Source: Pelomyxa schiedti (lineage: Eukaryota > Protista > Evosea). Taken from it: a DNA stretch of 48,727 nucleotides. Under the pieces are notes generated by a model. The model was not told the origin of the DNA. It was given only the letters and a program-made list of their open reading frames with translations, and did no database searches. The stretch spans positions 1 through 48,727 of the forward strand of contig JAHLWZ010000915.1 in NCBI GenBank assembly GCA_020536535.1, read 5' to 3'. Below are positions 48,496-48,727 of this stretch, piece after piece (the stretch's first letter is position 1; each line of letters opens with the position of its first letter). The translations under genes and the position numbers were made by a program.

Positions 48496-48601
48496 CTGCC
48501 CAGATTCAGTAAAATAAAAGTGACATTTTAGCATCTGTTGTGTGTGCCACATGGAAACGCACACCATGACAGACACCGTGACACCGTAACACCAACAGCT
48601 A

Positions 48602-48727
48602 ACACACACACACACACACAACACAACACAACACAACACAACACAACACAACACAACACAACACAACACAACACAACACAACACAACACAACACAACACA
48701 ACACAACACAACACAACACACAACACA
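48602..48727. repeat. Compound microsatellite: (CA)n followed by about 21 copies of (ACACA), running to the window end
   Basis: Read directly from the sequence. It lies in an intron of the minus-strand Cdc123-like gene. Confidence 0.97.

Noticed and set aside
48415-48726. ORFs encoding (CCVVL)n
   Set aside because: These are translations of the (TGTTG)n microsatellite.

Overview
A gene-dense eukaryotic window, not a prokaryotic one. It holds about 21 protein-coding genes split by short GT-AG introns (mostly about 40-130 nt), with intergenic gaps often under 100 bp. The actin sequence and several bacterial-type metabolic genes suggest an anaerobic amoebozoan (Archamoebae/Pelomyxa-like); this is an inference. 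Gene order: TRIM-like RING protein (-, runs off the start), actin, LCAT-family lipase, RCC1-F-box-Arf fusion, Tim17-like membrane protein, F-BAR-SH3, WDR75/Utp17, USP47/40-like DUB, PB1-LIM adaptor, RTF1, receptor-type cyclic-nucleotide phosphodiesterase, CstA transporter, bacterial-type GNAT, ADP-ribosylglycohydrolase, NUBP2/Cfd1, UIM/zinc-finger adaptor, Mei2-like RRM protein, palmitoyl-protein thioesterase, PHD-FHA protein, BC-box LRR protein and a Cdc123-like ATP-grasp protein (5' end off the window). The window ends in an (ACACA)n microsatellite. The strongest novelty candidates are four. (1) A multi-pass 'receptor phosphodiesterase' with a bacterial-type Venus-flytrap/PBP1 domain and a Cache domain fused to an intact class I PDE, sitting next to an intron-containing bacterial cstA and GNAT. 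(2) An RCC1-F-box-pseudoArf fusion. (3) A Tim17-family-like protein. (4) A GC-rich structured island between cstA and GNAT. All gene models and domain calls were made by manual translation and splicing with motif recognition, with no database searches, so exon boundaries are approximate.
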